In this document: positions 8,583 through 16,218 of the stretch, in pieces
Numbering within the stretch: the first letter of the stretch is position 1
Layout: every line of letters begins with the position of its first letter
From: PVC group bacterium
Lineage (GTDB): Bacteria > GCA-001730085 > JADFSZ01
NCBI GenBank assembly: GCA_022560555.1
Contig: JADFSZ010000010.1
Location: 1 to 18,678 of the forward strand
DNA: 18,678 nt
Reading direction: 5' to 3'
Notes under the pieces: generated by a model
The model's input: only the letters and a program-made list of their open reading frames with translations
The model's database searches: none
What the model was told of the DNA's origin: nothing
Position numbers and translations under genes: made by a program

Positions 8583-9563
8583 CTACATCCAATCTTGAGT
8601 ATGGGCATCCACAAGAGTTGCCATGAGCCGGATATGGTCATCGCGCGCGTTTAAGCAAGAAATGTATGTGAACTGTTTACCACCGGCCTGAAGAAAAATG
8701 TCCTTATTTTCTTCTTCCATTTCTTCCAAAGTCTCTAAACAATCCACGGAAAAACCGGGACACACAACAGATAAAGATTCCAATTCATCCCGGCCAAATT
8801 CTCTTATCACGTCCGACGTATACGGCTGAAGCCATTCTTCCCGACCAAACCGCGATTGAAAGCTAATGCGCCATTCATCATGCGACAAGGACAATGCTTC
8901 GGCAACGTTTTTGGCCGTAACCCGGCACTCACTTTCATACGGATCTCCCTCCCGGCTAAAACGCATCGGGACTCCGTGAAAGGAAAACAAAAGTTTTTCT
9001 GTTTTTCCTGATCGAGACCATTCTTCTTTGATCGAGTCGACCACAGCTTGAATATATTGAGGATGGTCATAATAACGCATTACCATCCGTGATTCTAAAA
9101 CATTTTTAGACCTCGACAACGCGGAGGTAAACGCGTCCCACGTGGTAGCCGTTGTTGCCGAACAATATTGAGGATAAAGAGGCAAAAGTAGTATTTTTTC
9201 GCAACCATCCTTTTTTAATTGGTCCAACGCGAAAGGGATACCAGGATGGCCATATCGCATACCGACACGAATAGAGATGTTTTTTTTGTTGGCTTGATGG
9301 TAATGCTGCTTTAACTTTTGCGCTTGATCATAGGTGGTTAAGAGAAGCGGAGATCCATTTTCGGTCCAAATCTTTTTGTAGAGTTTGGCCGATTTTTCCG
9401 GACGTGTCCTGAGAACAACTCCGTTTAAGATAAACCACCACACCCACCTGGGAATACCGTCAAACACACGGGGATCCCACAAAAACTCCTTCAGATATTT
9501 TCTCAGGGCCTTGGGTGTCGGCGCGTCCGGAGTCCCTAAGTTTGACAATAAGATTCCAAGCAT
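8583..9563 (-). CDS. hemH: ferrochelatase
   Basis: 326 aa. N-terminus GILLSNLGTPDAPTPKALRKYLKEFLWDPRV, plus LPLYPQYCSATT and FSFHGVP, are ferrochelatase hallmarks. A GAGG SD lies 5 nt upstream of the ATG. Confidence 0.93.
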   Translation of the reverse strand: MLGILLSNLGTPDAPTPKALRKYLKEFLWDPRVFDGIPRWVWWFILNGVVLRTRPEKSAKLYKKIWTENGSPLLLTTYDQAQKLKQHYHQANKKNISIRVGMRYGHPGIPFALDQLKKDGCEKILLLPLYPQYCSATTATTWDAFTSALSRSKNVLESRMVMRYYDHPQYIQAVVDSIKEEWSRSGKTEKLLFSFHGVPMRFSREGDPYESECRVTAKNVAEALSLSHDEWRISFQSRFGREEWLQPYTSDVIREFGRDELESLSVVCPGFSVDCLETLEEMEEENKDIFLQAGGKQFTYISCLNARDDHIRLMATLVDAHTQDWM

Positions 9564-9575
9564 ACAAGCCTCATC

Positions 9576-9604
9576 TGGATAAATTAAACGATATCTATTA
9601 TAAT
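9576..9604 (+). promoter_or_regulatory. candidate sigma-70-type promoter for the SRAP gene
   Basis: TGGATA (9576-9581), a 17-nt spacer, then a perfect TATAAT (9599-9604), 62 nt upstream of the ATG at 9667. It lies in the divergent intergenic region shared with hemH. Confidence 0.4.
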
Positions 9605-9666
9605 CGCATTCCGGAAATCAAGCCACCCGTAATAGAGATCCATAACCAACAACTCTGAGCAAAAAT

Positions 9667-10368
9667 ATGTGCGGACGATTTGCCCAAAGCTCAAACCAAA
9701 AAAAGATGATGGCGCGTTTTAAGATCAAAAAGCCGGTGCCCTCATTCACTCTTCGCTATAATATCGCGCCTTTACAAATGGTCCCTGTTGTCATCCAAGC
9801 TCAAGAGGAACGGGTTTTTGCGCCCATGCGCTGGGGTTTGATCCCAAGCTGGGGCAAAGATCCAACCATCGCCAACCGCATGATCAACGCACGTTTGGAA
9901 TCTGTTCGTACAAAACCAAGTTTTCGATCCTGCCTCAAGCAAAAACGCTGCCTTATCCCCGCTACCGGTTTTTATGAATGGCGCGCGGTCAAAGGGAAAA
10001 AGGGAAAAATACCAATGTGGATTTCGTTAAAAAACCAAGATATTTTCGCCTTCGCGGGTCTTTGGGATGAATGGCTTGATCCCCAACACAACAAAATCCA
10101 AACGTTCACAATCATTACAACTGAAGCCAACTCTTTTCTTCAATCTATTCACAGCCGAATGCCCGTCATCCTTGAAGCCAATGCCGAAGATAGTTGGCTG
10201 GAACCTTCCATAAAAGATTCACAACAAGTTTTACACAATCTTAAACAAGTATCCGTTGATCTCATGCAAGCACACGCGGTTTCTTCATACGTTAATTCTC
10301 CTAAAAATGACGGGATCGAATGCATCCAAGAAGCACCCGATCCTGAACAAGACCTCACACTTTTCTAA
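9667..10368 (+). CDS. yedK: SOS response-associated peptidase (SRAP / YedK / HMCES family) abasic-site processing protein
   Basis: 233 aa starting MCGRF, with the catalytic Cys2. GFYEW (Glu) and HSRMPVIL (His) complete the SRAP triad. Confidence 0.9.
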   Translation: MCGRFAQSSNQKKMMARFKIKKPVPSFTLRYNIAPLQMVPVVIQAQEERVFAPMRWGLIPSWGKDPTIANRMINARLESVRTKPSFRSCLKQKRCLIPATGFYEWRAVKGKKGKIPMWISLKNQDIFAFAGLWDEWLDPQHNKIQTFTIITTEANSFLQSIHSRMPVILEANAEDSWLEPSIKDSQQVLHNLKQVSVDLMQAHAVSSYVNSPKNDGIECIQEAPDPEQDLTLF

Positions 10369-10430
10369 AAATTATTTACAGCACTTCGAACCTATCGCAC
10401 AGACCTTTCACGATGTCCCCTTTCGTTTCG

Positions 10431-12257
10431 TTAACGGGATGGACTAATAAATTGGTCCCGGGATAATATGGGGCAGAACAGTCCAAGATATTTTCTCTTC
10501 CACCACGCACCCGTTTCTGATCTCTCCATTATATCCGTAAACTGATAATCGTACAAGCTGGCCCGAATATGCAGCGGAGCCTGATCAACGAAAGGATTGG
10601 TCTCTAACAGCTTTGTAACAGCCGGTGAATTCTCAAAAAGCTTACGCACAAAATGAAAAAACCAGGGACTTCGTTCATAGCTCCCAAGCGCGGCAAACCA
10701 CATCTGCCAATCCAGTCGGGGCTGATGAGGAACAACCCATCCGGGAGCCCGCATGACATCTCCGGGTTTATAGCGAAATATATACGGCTTCCATGTTTGG
10801 CCATCCATACTTCCTTCGATAATGATTTCGGGACGTGTCCGTGTCATCACGGAAAAAAGCCCATATGTGCTTGTAAGATGCCATGGATTCAGCAACCGTG
10901 CGAGAATTACTCCCGGTTTCACAAACACATTTTGAAACCCGACACGCCAAAACATTTGGCTTGTCGAAGACACGAGGATCACACACGCAAGCGGGATAAT
11001 AATCCATCTGGGCCACTGCGATTTGCTTTCTGCCGGCTTATTTTTAAACCATTTTCGTTTTTGCCACCACGCGTCTTCCAAACAAAACAAACAGAGAACC
11101 ATGACCAATAAATTAAAGAAGCAATAATTCCCCGTCAGAATAATAATAATCTGGAATAATACAAAAAAGAAACAAACCAAATGTCGCAGTCGACGTGCGG
11201 CAAAAAGAAAAAACGGAGCAACAAGTTCGATAACAAACATAATTAGACACGACCCGATATGAAGCCAAACCGGAGCTTGGTCCATCCACCAGCTCAAGAC
11301 ATGCGGGAGAGGTTGTGTTTCATAATGATATGTGAGGGCCGTTAGATCGTGCCATGCAGGATCTCCCGAAAGAAGTTTGACAATCCCCGATAGAATCATG
11401 AGACGAAAGAGAAGCCATTTTACCAAAAACACAATCCATTGTGACGGACGGATAGAATTTCGAATCCGGTCCGTAATAACAAAGGGAGATAAAAATATCG
11501 TTAAAAATCCCGCCTCTAAGAGCAGTATGTCCCACTGAAAATTTAAGAAAACCTGACTAATATTGAGATACGATAAATACAAGATCCACAAAGAAGCGCT
11601 TGCGAACAAAGGCAAGATACCCATAATCAGCAAAAGGCTCAAAATAACGCCCATCCAACAGCCAGCCGTGAGCGTAATATCAGTGCTTGAAATCCAAAAA
11701 ATGCTCGGCAGCCGCATCAGGCTGGCTGAACCCATTTGCTCATGTACGGCGCTTAAATAAGATTCGGCAGGCAAAATTCCGTCGCTGCCGTACAAGCCTT
11801 GAATTTGCGTAAGAAGAGACCAAAAGGCGAATAGATATATCAGACCCATGGAGCGCCGAAAGAACCAAGCCGATGTCTGATATGTTTCTCTCCACCCACC
11901 CCCCATGGCAATCCAGCTTTTTAACAATCGAAATCCAACACCATGGTACGAAAAAAAACGATAGAGCTTTTCAAAGACAAATTTTGCTCCCGGCAGCTTT
12001 TTATAGATCCACAAAAGCCAGCCAAGGGGTGATCCGGACAACGCGCGAAAAATCGCTTCGGCTCCTCTGGACATGTGTCCTTCGCCATCCGAAAAATGAA
12101 TGGCTTCTTCAAAATCACTCCGGGATACTTTTGGAAATTGTTCTAAGACTTCTTGGAATGGGACAACATCGATTTTATCGCCGCACCAGGAGGGTAAACG
12201 TTTGGCACAGGCGCCGCAAACAATGCATTCACCGTTATAGATCAACGTCTTTTTCAT
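10431..12257 (-). CDS. fusion protein: N-terminal DCC-family (DUF393) thiol-disulfide oxidoreductase domain plus a lipase maturation factor (LMF1)-like polytopic membrane domain
   Basis: 608 aa. The N-terminus LIYNGECIVCGAC matches the DCC pattern (YDGxCxLC-like CxxC). The body is very hydrophobic with many predicted transmembrane segments. It carries GLYGSDGILP and a C-terminal PHQPRLDWQMWFAAL, which I recognise as LMF-family signatures. There is no SD before the ATG. Confidence 0.78.
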   Translation of the reverse strand: MKKTLIYNGECIVCGACAKRLPSWCGDKIDVVPFQEVLEQFPKVSRSDFEEAIHFSDGEGHMSRGAEAIFRALSGSPLGWLLWIYKKLPGAKFVFEKLYRFFSYHGVGFRLLKSWIAMGGGWRETYQTSAWFFRRSMGLIYLFAFWSLLTQIQGLYGSDGILPAESYLSAVHEQMGSASLMRLPSIFWISSTDITLTAGCWMGVILSLLLIMGILPLFASASLWILYLSYLNISQVFLNFQWDILLLEAGFLTIFLSPFVITDRIRNSIRPSQWIVFLVKWLLFRLMILSGIVKLLSGDPAWHDLTALTYHYETQPLPHVLSWWMDQAPVWLHIGSCLIMFVIELVAPFFLFAARRLRHLVCFFFVLFQIIIILTGNYCFFNLLVMVLCLFCLEDAWWQKRKWFKNKPAESKSQWPRWIIIPLACVILVSSTSQMFWRVGFQNVFVKPGVILARLLNPWHLTSTYGLFSVMTRTRPEIIIEGSMDGQTWKPYIFRYKPGDVMRAPGWVVPHQPRLDWQMWFAALGSYERSPWFFHFVRKLFENSPAVTKLLETNPFVDQAPLHIRASLYDYQFTDIMERSETGAWWKRKYLGLFCPILSRDQFISPSR

Positions 12258-12270
12258 AAAAAAGTTATTT

Positions 12271-12343
12271 TCAGTAAAAACACCGTTTCATAAAAAAGTC
12301 AATTTCATTAAAAATACTGTTTCATGGAAATACTGTTTTATGG
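12271..12343 (-). repeat. leader repeats: a 16-nt tandem repeat and three chained ATGAAA mini-ORFs upstream of the DCC-LMF gene
   Basis: Tandem repeat on the plus strand: aaatactgtttcatgg (12312-12327) and aaatactgttttatgg (12328-12343), with 1 mismatch. Mini-ORFs on the minus strand: 12325-12308 (MKQYF*), 12308-12288 (MKLTFL*) and 12291-12271 (MKRCFY*). They are joined by TAATG and ATGA overlaps. ACTTTTTTATGAAA occurs twice. Confidence 0.75.
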
Positions 12344-12348
12344 AAAAA

Positions 12349-12888
12349 TCACTTTACCATTTTGATAATGGCCCTAAAAATCTCTCCCTCTGCCTCTTTT
12401 AAAAGTTCAAACATGGCCGTCTCAGTGCTCGTCAAAATACCACCGCTCTTTTCAATCTTATGAATGCCGATTTTATGATCCTCTAAGTCTCTCGAACTTG
12501 TTGCATCACACACAAGATGGACCTCAAAACCCTCGTTGATCAAATCCACAGCGGTTTGATAAACGCAAACGTGAGTTTCGATCCCTGCCAAGAGCACGCA
12601 AGACCGATTATGATCCTTGAGTCCTTTGAGACAGGCTTCTTGAGCTAGACAGCTAAAAGACTTCTTAGGAATGGCTTGAAAATCATTGAGAAAAGATCGG
12701 ATCGGGGCAACTGTTTCGCCGAGTTTTTCAGGAACTTGTTCGGTGAATGTGAGGGGAATATTCATTACCATGCATCCCTGAATCAGGATCCGCAGTTTCG
12801 AAAAACAATCATCCTTACGATGCACCAAAGGAAGCAGTTTCTCCTGAACATCCACGATCAGGCATTGTGTTTTGTCTGTTTGCAGCAT
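12349..12888 (-). CDS. isochorismatase-family cysteine hydrolase
   Basis: 179 aa. Asp-Lys-Cys triad context: LIVDVQ, PKKSFS and LLAGIETHVCVYQTAVDL, typical of the isochorismatase/nicotinamidase superfamily. An AAGGAG SD lies 5 nt upstream. Confidence 0.85.
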   Translation of the reverse strand: MLQTDKTQCLIVDVQEKLLPLVHRKDDCFSKLRILIQGCMVMNIPLTFTEQVPEKLGETVAPIRSFLNDFQAIPKKSFSCLAQEACLKGLKDHNRSCVLLAGIETHVCVYQTAVDLINEGFEVHLVCDATSSRDLEDHKIGIHKIEKSGGILTSTETAMFELLKEAEGEIFRAIIKMVK

Positions 12889-12900
12889 ACAAGCTCCTTT

Positions 12901-13347
12901 TTAGAGATCAAACAAATCCTGTGCTTTATCATCCCAATAAAAAACATTGATAAGCCATTCTTCTTGGGCTTTGTAAAAAACAAAAAACCATCTTAAAAGA
13001 TGCTGCTCGTATTTTTGGACATAAATATAGCGAATCATATACTCCTTGATTGTGTCTTCCTTCAAGAGCTCATAACCAAGCAGTTTTCCAAATCTGGGTT
13101 CAATATATAGTAGATTCTCCTCTGTTTTGGCCGTCATGTTCTCGAATTCCAGATCCGGGATCGGCATATAGCTCCGGATGATTTCAAAAGACTCATTAAT
13201 TTCGCTGGTCTGAAGGCTAGACATAAATTTATCGGCTAAAGCCCTGGTTGACTCTTTCGTTGTCAGCTTAGGGTTCTCTTCAACGTCCGCGGCCGCTTGC
13301 CCGCTCAAAAGAAACAAACATAATAGCAAGGTAATCATTTTTTTCAT
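12901..13347 (-). CDS. secreted hypothetical protein (signal peptide, no family recognised)
   Basis: 148 aa. N-terminus MKKMITLLLCLFLLSGQAAA|DV looks like a signal peptidase I signal with an AAA cleavage site. An AAGGAGA SD lies 6 nt upstream. It is packed between flanking genes with 27-nt and 12-nt gaps. Confidence 0.7.
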   Translation of the reverse strand: MKKMITLLLCLFLLSGQAAADVEENPKLTTKESTRALADKFMSSLQTSEINESFEIIRSYMPIPDLEFENMTAKTEENLLYIEPRFGKLLGYELLKEDTIKEYMIRYIYVQKYEQHLLRWFFVFYKAQEEWLINVFYWDDKAQDLFDL

Positions 13348-13374
13348 ACCACGTCTCCTTAAAGTTTCTTATTG

Positions 13375-14781
13375 TTAAAATATTTTTCCGGGATTTAATA
13401 TCCCATTCGGATCAAACGCCTCTTTGATATTTTTCATTATTTCCAATGTTTTTTTCCCAAGAGCCATCGGGAGATAGGATCTTTTTGTGAGACCGATGCC
13501 GTGTTCCGCTGTGATAGTTCCGCCCAGATCAATGGCAATACGAAAAATGTCCTCGATAACATTTGGGGTCTTTTCACGCCAGGTGTCCTCATCTTCTTTG
13601 ATACGTAATACTTGAACATGCAAATTCCCGTCCCCCGCGTGACCATAACAAAATATCTCCATCTGATGTTTCTTTGCCAAAGCTTCGATGGCCTTAATCG
13701 CCCGAGAGATTTCGCGACGTGGGACAATAATATCTTCACTGATTTTATCGGGAGACAAGGCTTTTAATGCCGGGCGAACAGATCGCCGGACCTTCCAAAG
13801 AACGTCTTCTTCTTTGCTTGAGAACGCTTCTTTGATATATTGAGGTTGAAACCGCTTGCACACCTTCTTGATATCCTGAATCATATTGCTTATAACACTC
13901 TCATGATGTTCCATAAGCCGGATGAGCACCAAAACTTTAGCTTTTGAATAAGGAAACGTGCAATTGAGATATTTTTCCACGGCACAAATACAGCGTTCAT
14001 CTAACAACTCCATTGCGGCCGGAACAATTTTCTGTTTCAAAATTTCACTCACAACACATGCTGATGTATCCGTTGAATTAAAGGCCACGAGAAGTGTTGC
14101 CGAGTATTTTGGTTTTGGAATAAGCTTGAGTGTCACTTGCGTAATCACTCCCAATGTCCCTTCGGAACCAATAAGAAGCTGTATGAGATCATAGCCTGCC
14201 ACATTTTTGACAATCTTTCCTCCGAGTTTTTCACACGTTCCGTCAGGATAAACAACCTCCAGTCCGCACACATAATCTTTTGTGACTCCGTATTTAACAG
14301 CCATCGCGCCTCCCGCGCATTCCGCCAAATTTCCTCCGATCGTACACATATCCATGCTTGAAGGATCCGGAGGATAAAAAAGCCCCTTTTCCTCTACTTT
14401 TCTTTTTAGGTCGTCCGTGATGACACCCGCCTCAACAACAGCCATCAAATTATCAACGTCAATATCCAAAATTTTATTCATCCGCTCCATCGCCATGACA
14501 ATCCCTCCTAGGCACGGAACAGCCCCTCCCGTCACTCCTGTCCCGGTGCCGCGCGGAGTTACAGGAATACCTGTTTTGTTGGCTAATTTGAGTATGCGTG
14601 ATACTTCCGAAGCCTCCTCGGGAAAAACAACGACATCAGGTTCGGCGGATTCCTGATTCGATTCATCACGAGAATACTTTTCAAGGTTTGACCCATAAGA
14701 CAGAACCCGCCCTTCCCCGCAGATAGCTTTCAATTTTTCAAGGATGGCTTGGTCCAAATGATTGAAGGATTTTTGGATCAT
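13375..14781 (-). CDS. FAD-linked oxidase (GlcD / D-lactate dehydrogenase family)
   Basis: PCMH-type FAD-binding domain (VVFPEEASEVSRILKLANKTGIPVTPRGTGTGVTGG) and a C-terminal FAD-oxidase domain (HAGDGNLH...EHGIG...DPNGILNPGK). The ORF track start at 14796 is a TTG. The ATG at 14781 lies 1 nt after the upstream stop. Confidence 0.88.
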   Translation of the reverse strand: MIQKSFNHLDQAILEKLKAICGEGRVLSYGSNLEKYSRDESNQESAEPDVVVFPEEASEVSRILKLANKTGIPVTPRGTGTGVTGGAVPCLGGIVMAMERMNKILDIDVDNLMAVVEAGVITDDLKRKVEEKGLFYPPDPSSMDMCTIGGNLAECAGGAMAVKYGVTKDYVCGLEVVYPDGTCEKLGGKIVKNVAGYDLIQLLIGSEGTLGVITQVTLKLIPKPKYSATLLVAFNSTDTSACVVSEILKQKIVPAAMELLDERCICAVEKYLNCTFPYSKAKVLVLIRLMEHHESVISNMIQDIKKVCKRFQPQYIKEAFSSKEEDVLWKVRRSVRPALKALSPDKISEDIIVPRREISRAIKAIEALAKKHQMEIFCYGHAGDGNLHVQVLRIKEDEDTWREKTPNVIEDIFRIAIDLGGTITAEHGIGLTKRSYLPMALGKKTLEIMKNIKEAFDPNGILNPGKIF

Positions 14782-14782
14782 G

Positions 14783-16132
14783 TTATATGCCTGCAAGAAA
14801 CAGGTAGGGCAAAAGGAATACGCGTTTTTTACGCGAGGCGAGTATTTTAAATTCGCCGGTGGTAAATAAAATCCCGTAAGGAAACTCTGATTCGGTTTGC
14901 TTAATATTTTTTTTCAAGTCTTCATCGGGCACGAAGCCGATGGGATAAATATTGTCAAGCGTGTCACAAAATACATAACGATAATACGAACGTCCCGCAT
15001 TGAAGAGATAGTACAGATCTTTGCTTTTCATTTCATCAAAATACAGAAACTTGCTCAGTTGAGTGACCATCAAATTTTTGAGAAGTTCGATGGTTTGCCC
15101 TACAGGTTCTTGGATCGCTTTGTATCCGCAAAGAATATTTCGCATCCCATGATCCGTTAAAACAAATCTCACGGGCATAAGGCTGCGCATTTCCCGGTCG
15201 GGATTAAACGCTCTTATCGGCATGATCAAATGCGCGTTTGTCAGGCCGGATTGCAATTCTCCCGCGTCATAATCCGGCTCAGAAAGCTCTTCTTTGGCAA
15301 TACGTTCCAGAATCCCCACATACAATTGGATATCCGGTTGAATCCTGTTTCCGGATTCCGGAACACTTTCCAGGCACTTCTTAATGATGTTAAAAACCGA
15401 ATCAAAAACATTTGATCCGGCTTTTCGAAAAATAACCTGAGGGTATCCGCCATAAACGGCATATTCGAGAAAATGTTTTTCAATAAAGTCAAATACGGCT
15501 TGATTGCGGCTATAAAATTCTTTGAGTTGAGGAAAAGTATCTTCGGGATCAATGATAAGGAAACGCATCAGAGCTTCAAGGCTGTGAAGCTTTTGAAGGG
15601 TATCCGGGTTTTTTGTTTTCGTAAAAAGATATTCCCGAAACGAAAATGGGAACATATAAAATGTTGTCGTCCGGCCCAACAGGCTTTGAGAAATTTTCTT
15701 CACAATATCCGACTGGTAAGAACTCACCATAATAATCTTAAAGCGAATATGACTTGCCAGCATCTGAATCACGTCATCATCGGGAAGTTCCTGGATTTCA
15801 TCAAAAAGCAAATATACTTTTCCTTCGGTATTTTTTGTTTTATCCTTTAAAAAGCTTACAAATTTATACCCTTTATTCAAAAGTTCAACCGCAGCCTTTT
15901 CGTTGAGATTAAAGTACAAGATGGACTCCGGGCGGGTATTTTGTTTGATGAGATAGTGAACAAATTGTTTTAAGAGAAAGGTTTTTCCTGAACAGACGGG
16001 CCCCTTAATCAAAAGAACGGAAATATCATCTTTGTTGGCACCAACAAATTTAAACACATTGCGTTCAACCCCCTCAAATGTCCAGGAAGGGTCCGTCCAC
16101 CAGGGATTTTGGTCTTTTATGGCTTCAAGCAT
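14783..16132 (-). CDS. AAA+ ATPase of the COG1373 type (AAA_14 domain plus DUF4143-like C-terminal domain)
   Basis: N-terminal QNPWW box, Walker A GPVCSGKT, Walker B VYLLFDEIQ, and a later RFVLTDHGMRNIL resembling the DUF4143 K.Y..D.GLRN.L motif. The ORF track start at 16195 has no SD. The ATG at 16132 (MLEAIKDQNPWW) follows GAAGGA and gives the usual N-terminus for this family. Confidence 0.8.
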   Translation of the reverse strand: MLEAIKDQNPWWTDPSWTFEGVERNVFKFVGANKDDISVLLIKGPVCSGKTFLLKQFVHYLIKQNTRPESILYFNLNEKAAVELLNKGYKFVSFLKDKTKNTEGKVYLLFDEIQELPDDDVIQMLASHIRFKIIMVSSYQSDIVKKISQSLLGRTTTFYMFPFSFREYLFTKTKNPDTLQKLHSLEALMRFLIIDPEDTFPQLKEFYSRNQAVFDFIEKHFLEYAVYGGYPQVIFRKAGSNVFDSVFNIIKKCLESVPESGNRIQPDIQLYVGILERIAKEELSEPDYDAGELQSGLTNAHLIMPIRAFNPDREMRSLMPVRFVLTDHGMRNILCGYKAIQEPVGQTIELLKNLMVTQLSKFLYFDEMKSKDLYYLFNAGRSYYRYVFCDTLDNIYPIGFVPDEDLKKNIKQTESEFPYGILFTTGEFKILASRKKRVFLLPYLFLAGI

Positions 16133-16218
16133 ACAAAGAGTCCTTCGTAAGAATTTAGGGCATTCTAATCGGATTCCATTGATTCCACAAAACATTTATT
16201 TTCATCATGTTAAAAGGG

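Noticed and set aside
10369-10430. Looked for a bidirectional terminator between the convergent SRAP and DCC-LMF genes
   Set aside because: Only a 5-bp imperfect stem with a 13-nt loop could be drawn (CCTATCG...CGATGTCC), and there is no U or A tract. It is not convincing.
10653-12259. Plus-strand ORFs of 152, 68, 65 and 128 aa opposite the DCC-LMF gene
   Set aside because: They are antisense to a long, coherent membrane-protein frame with conserved LMF and DCC motifs. The products are Arg/His/Pro-rich with no motifs and no SD sequences.
14897-15850. Several 60-125-aa ORFs on both strands inside the AAA+ ATPase gene
   Set aside because: They are nested in or antisense to the Walker A/B-containing frame. 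An AT-rich gene yields long accidental frames on the opposite strand. None has support from motifs or an SD.
14781-16195. ORF-track start codons at 16195 (ATG), 14796 (TTG), 8557 (ATG), 6628 (GTG) and 17539 (GTG) taken at face value
   Set aside because: The track reports the longest ATG/GTG/TTG extension. In four of the five cases a downstream ATG has a proper SD, tight coupling to the upstream stop, or a family-typical N-terminus, so those coordinates were trimmed. The fifth, 17539 versus 17521, was trimmed to the first ATG but remains ambiguous. The longer versions remain possible.
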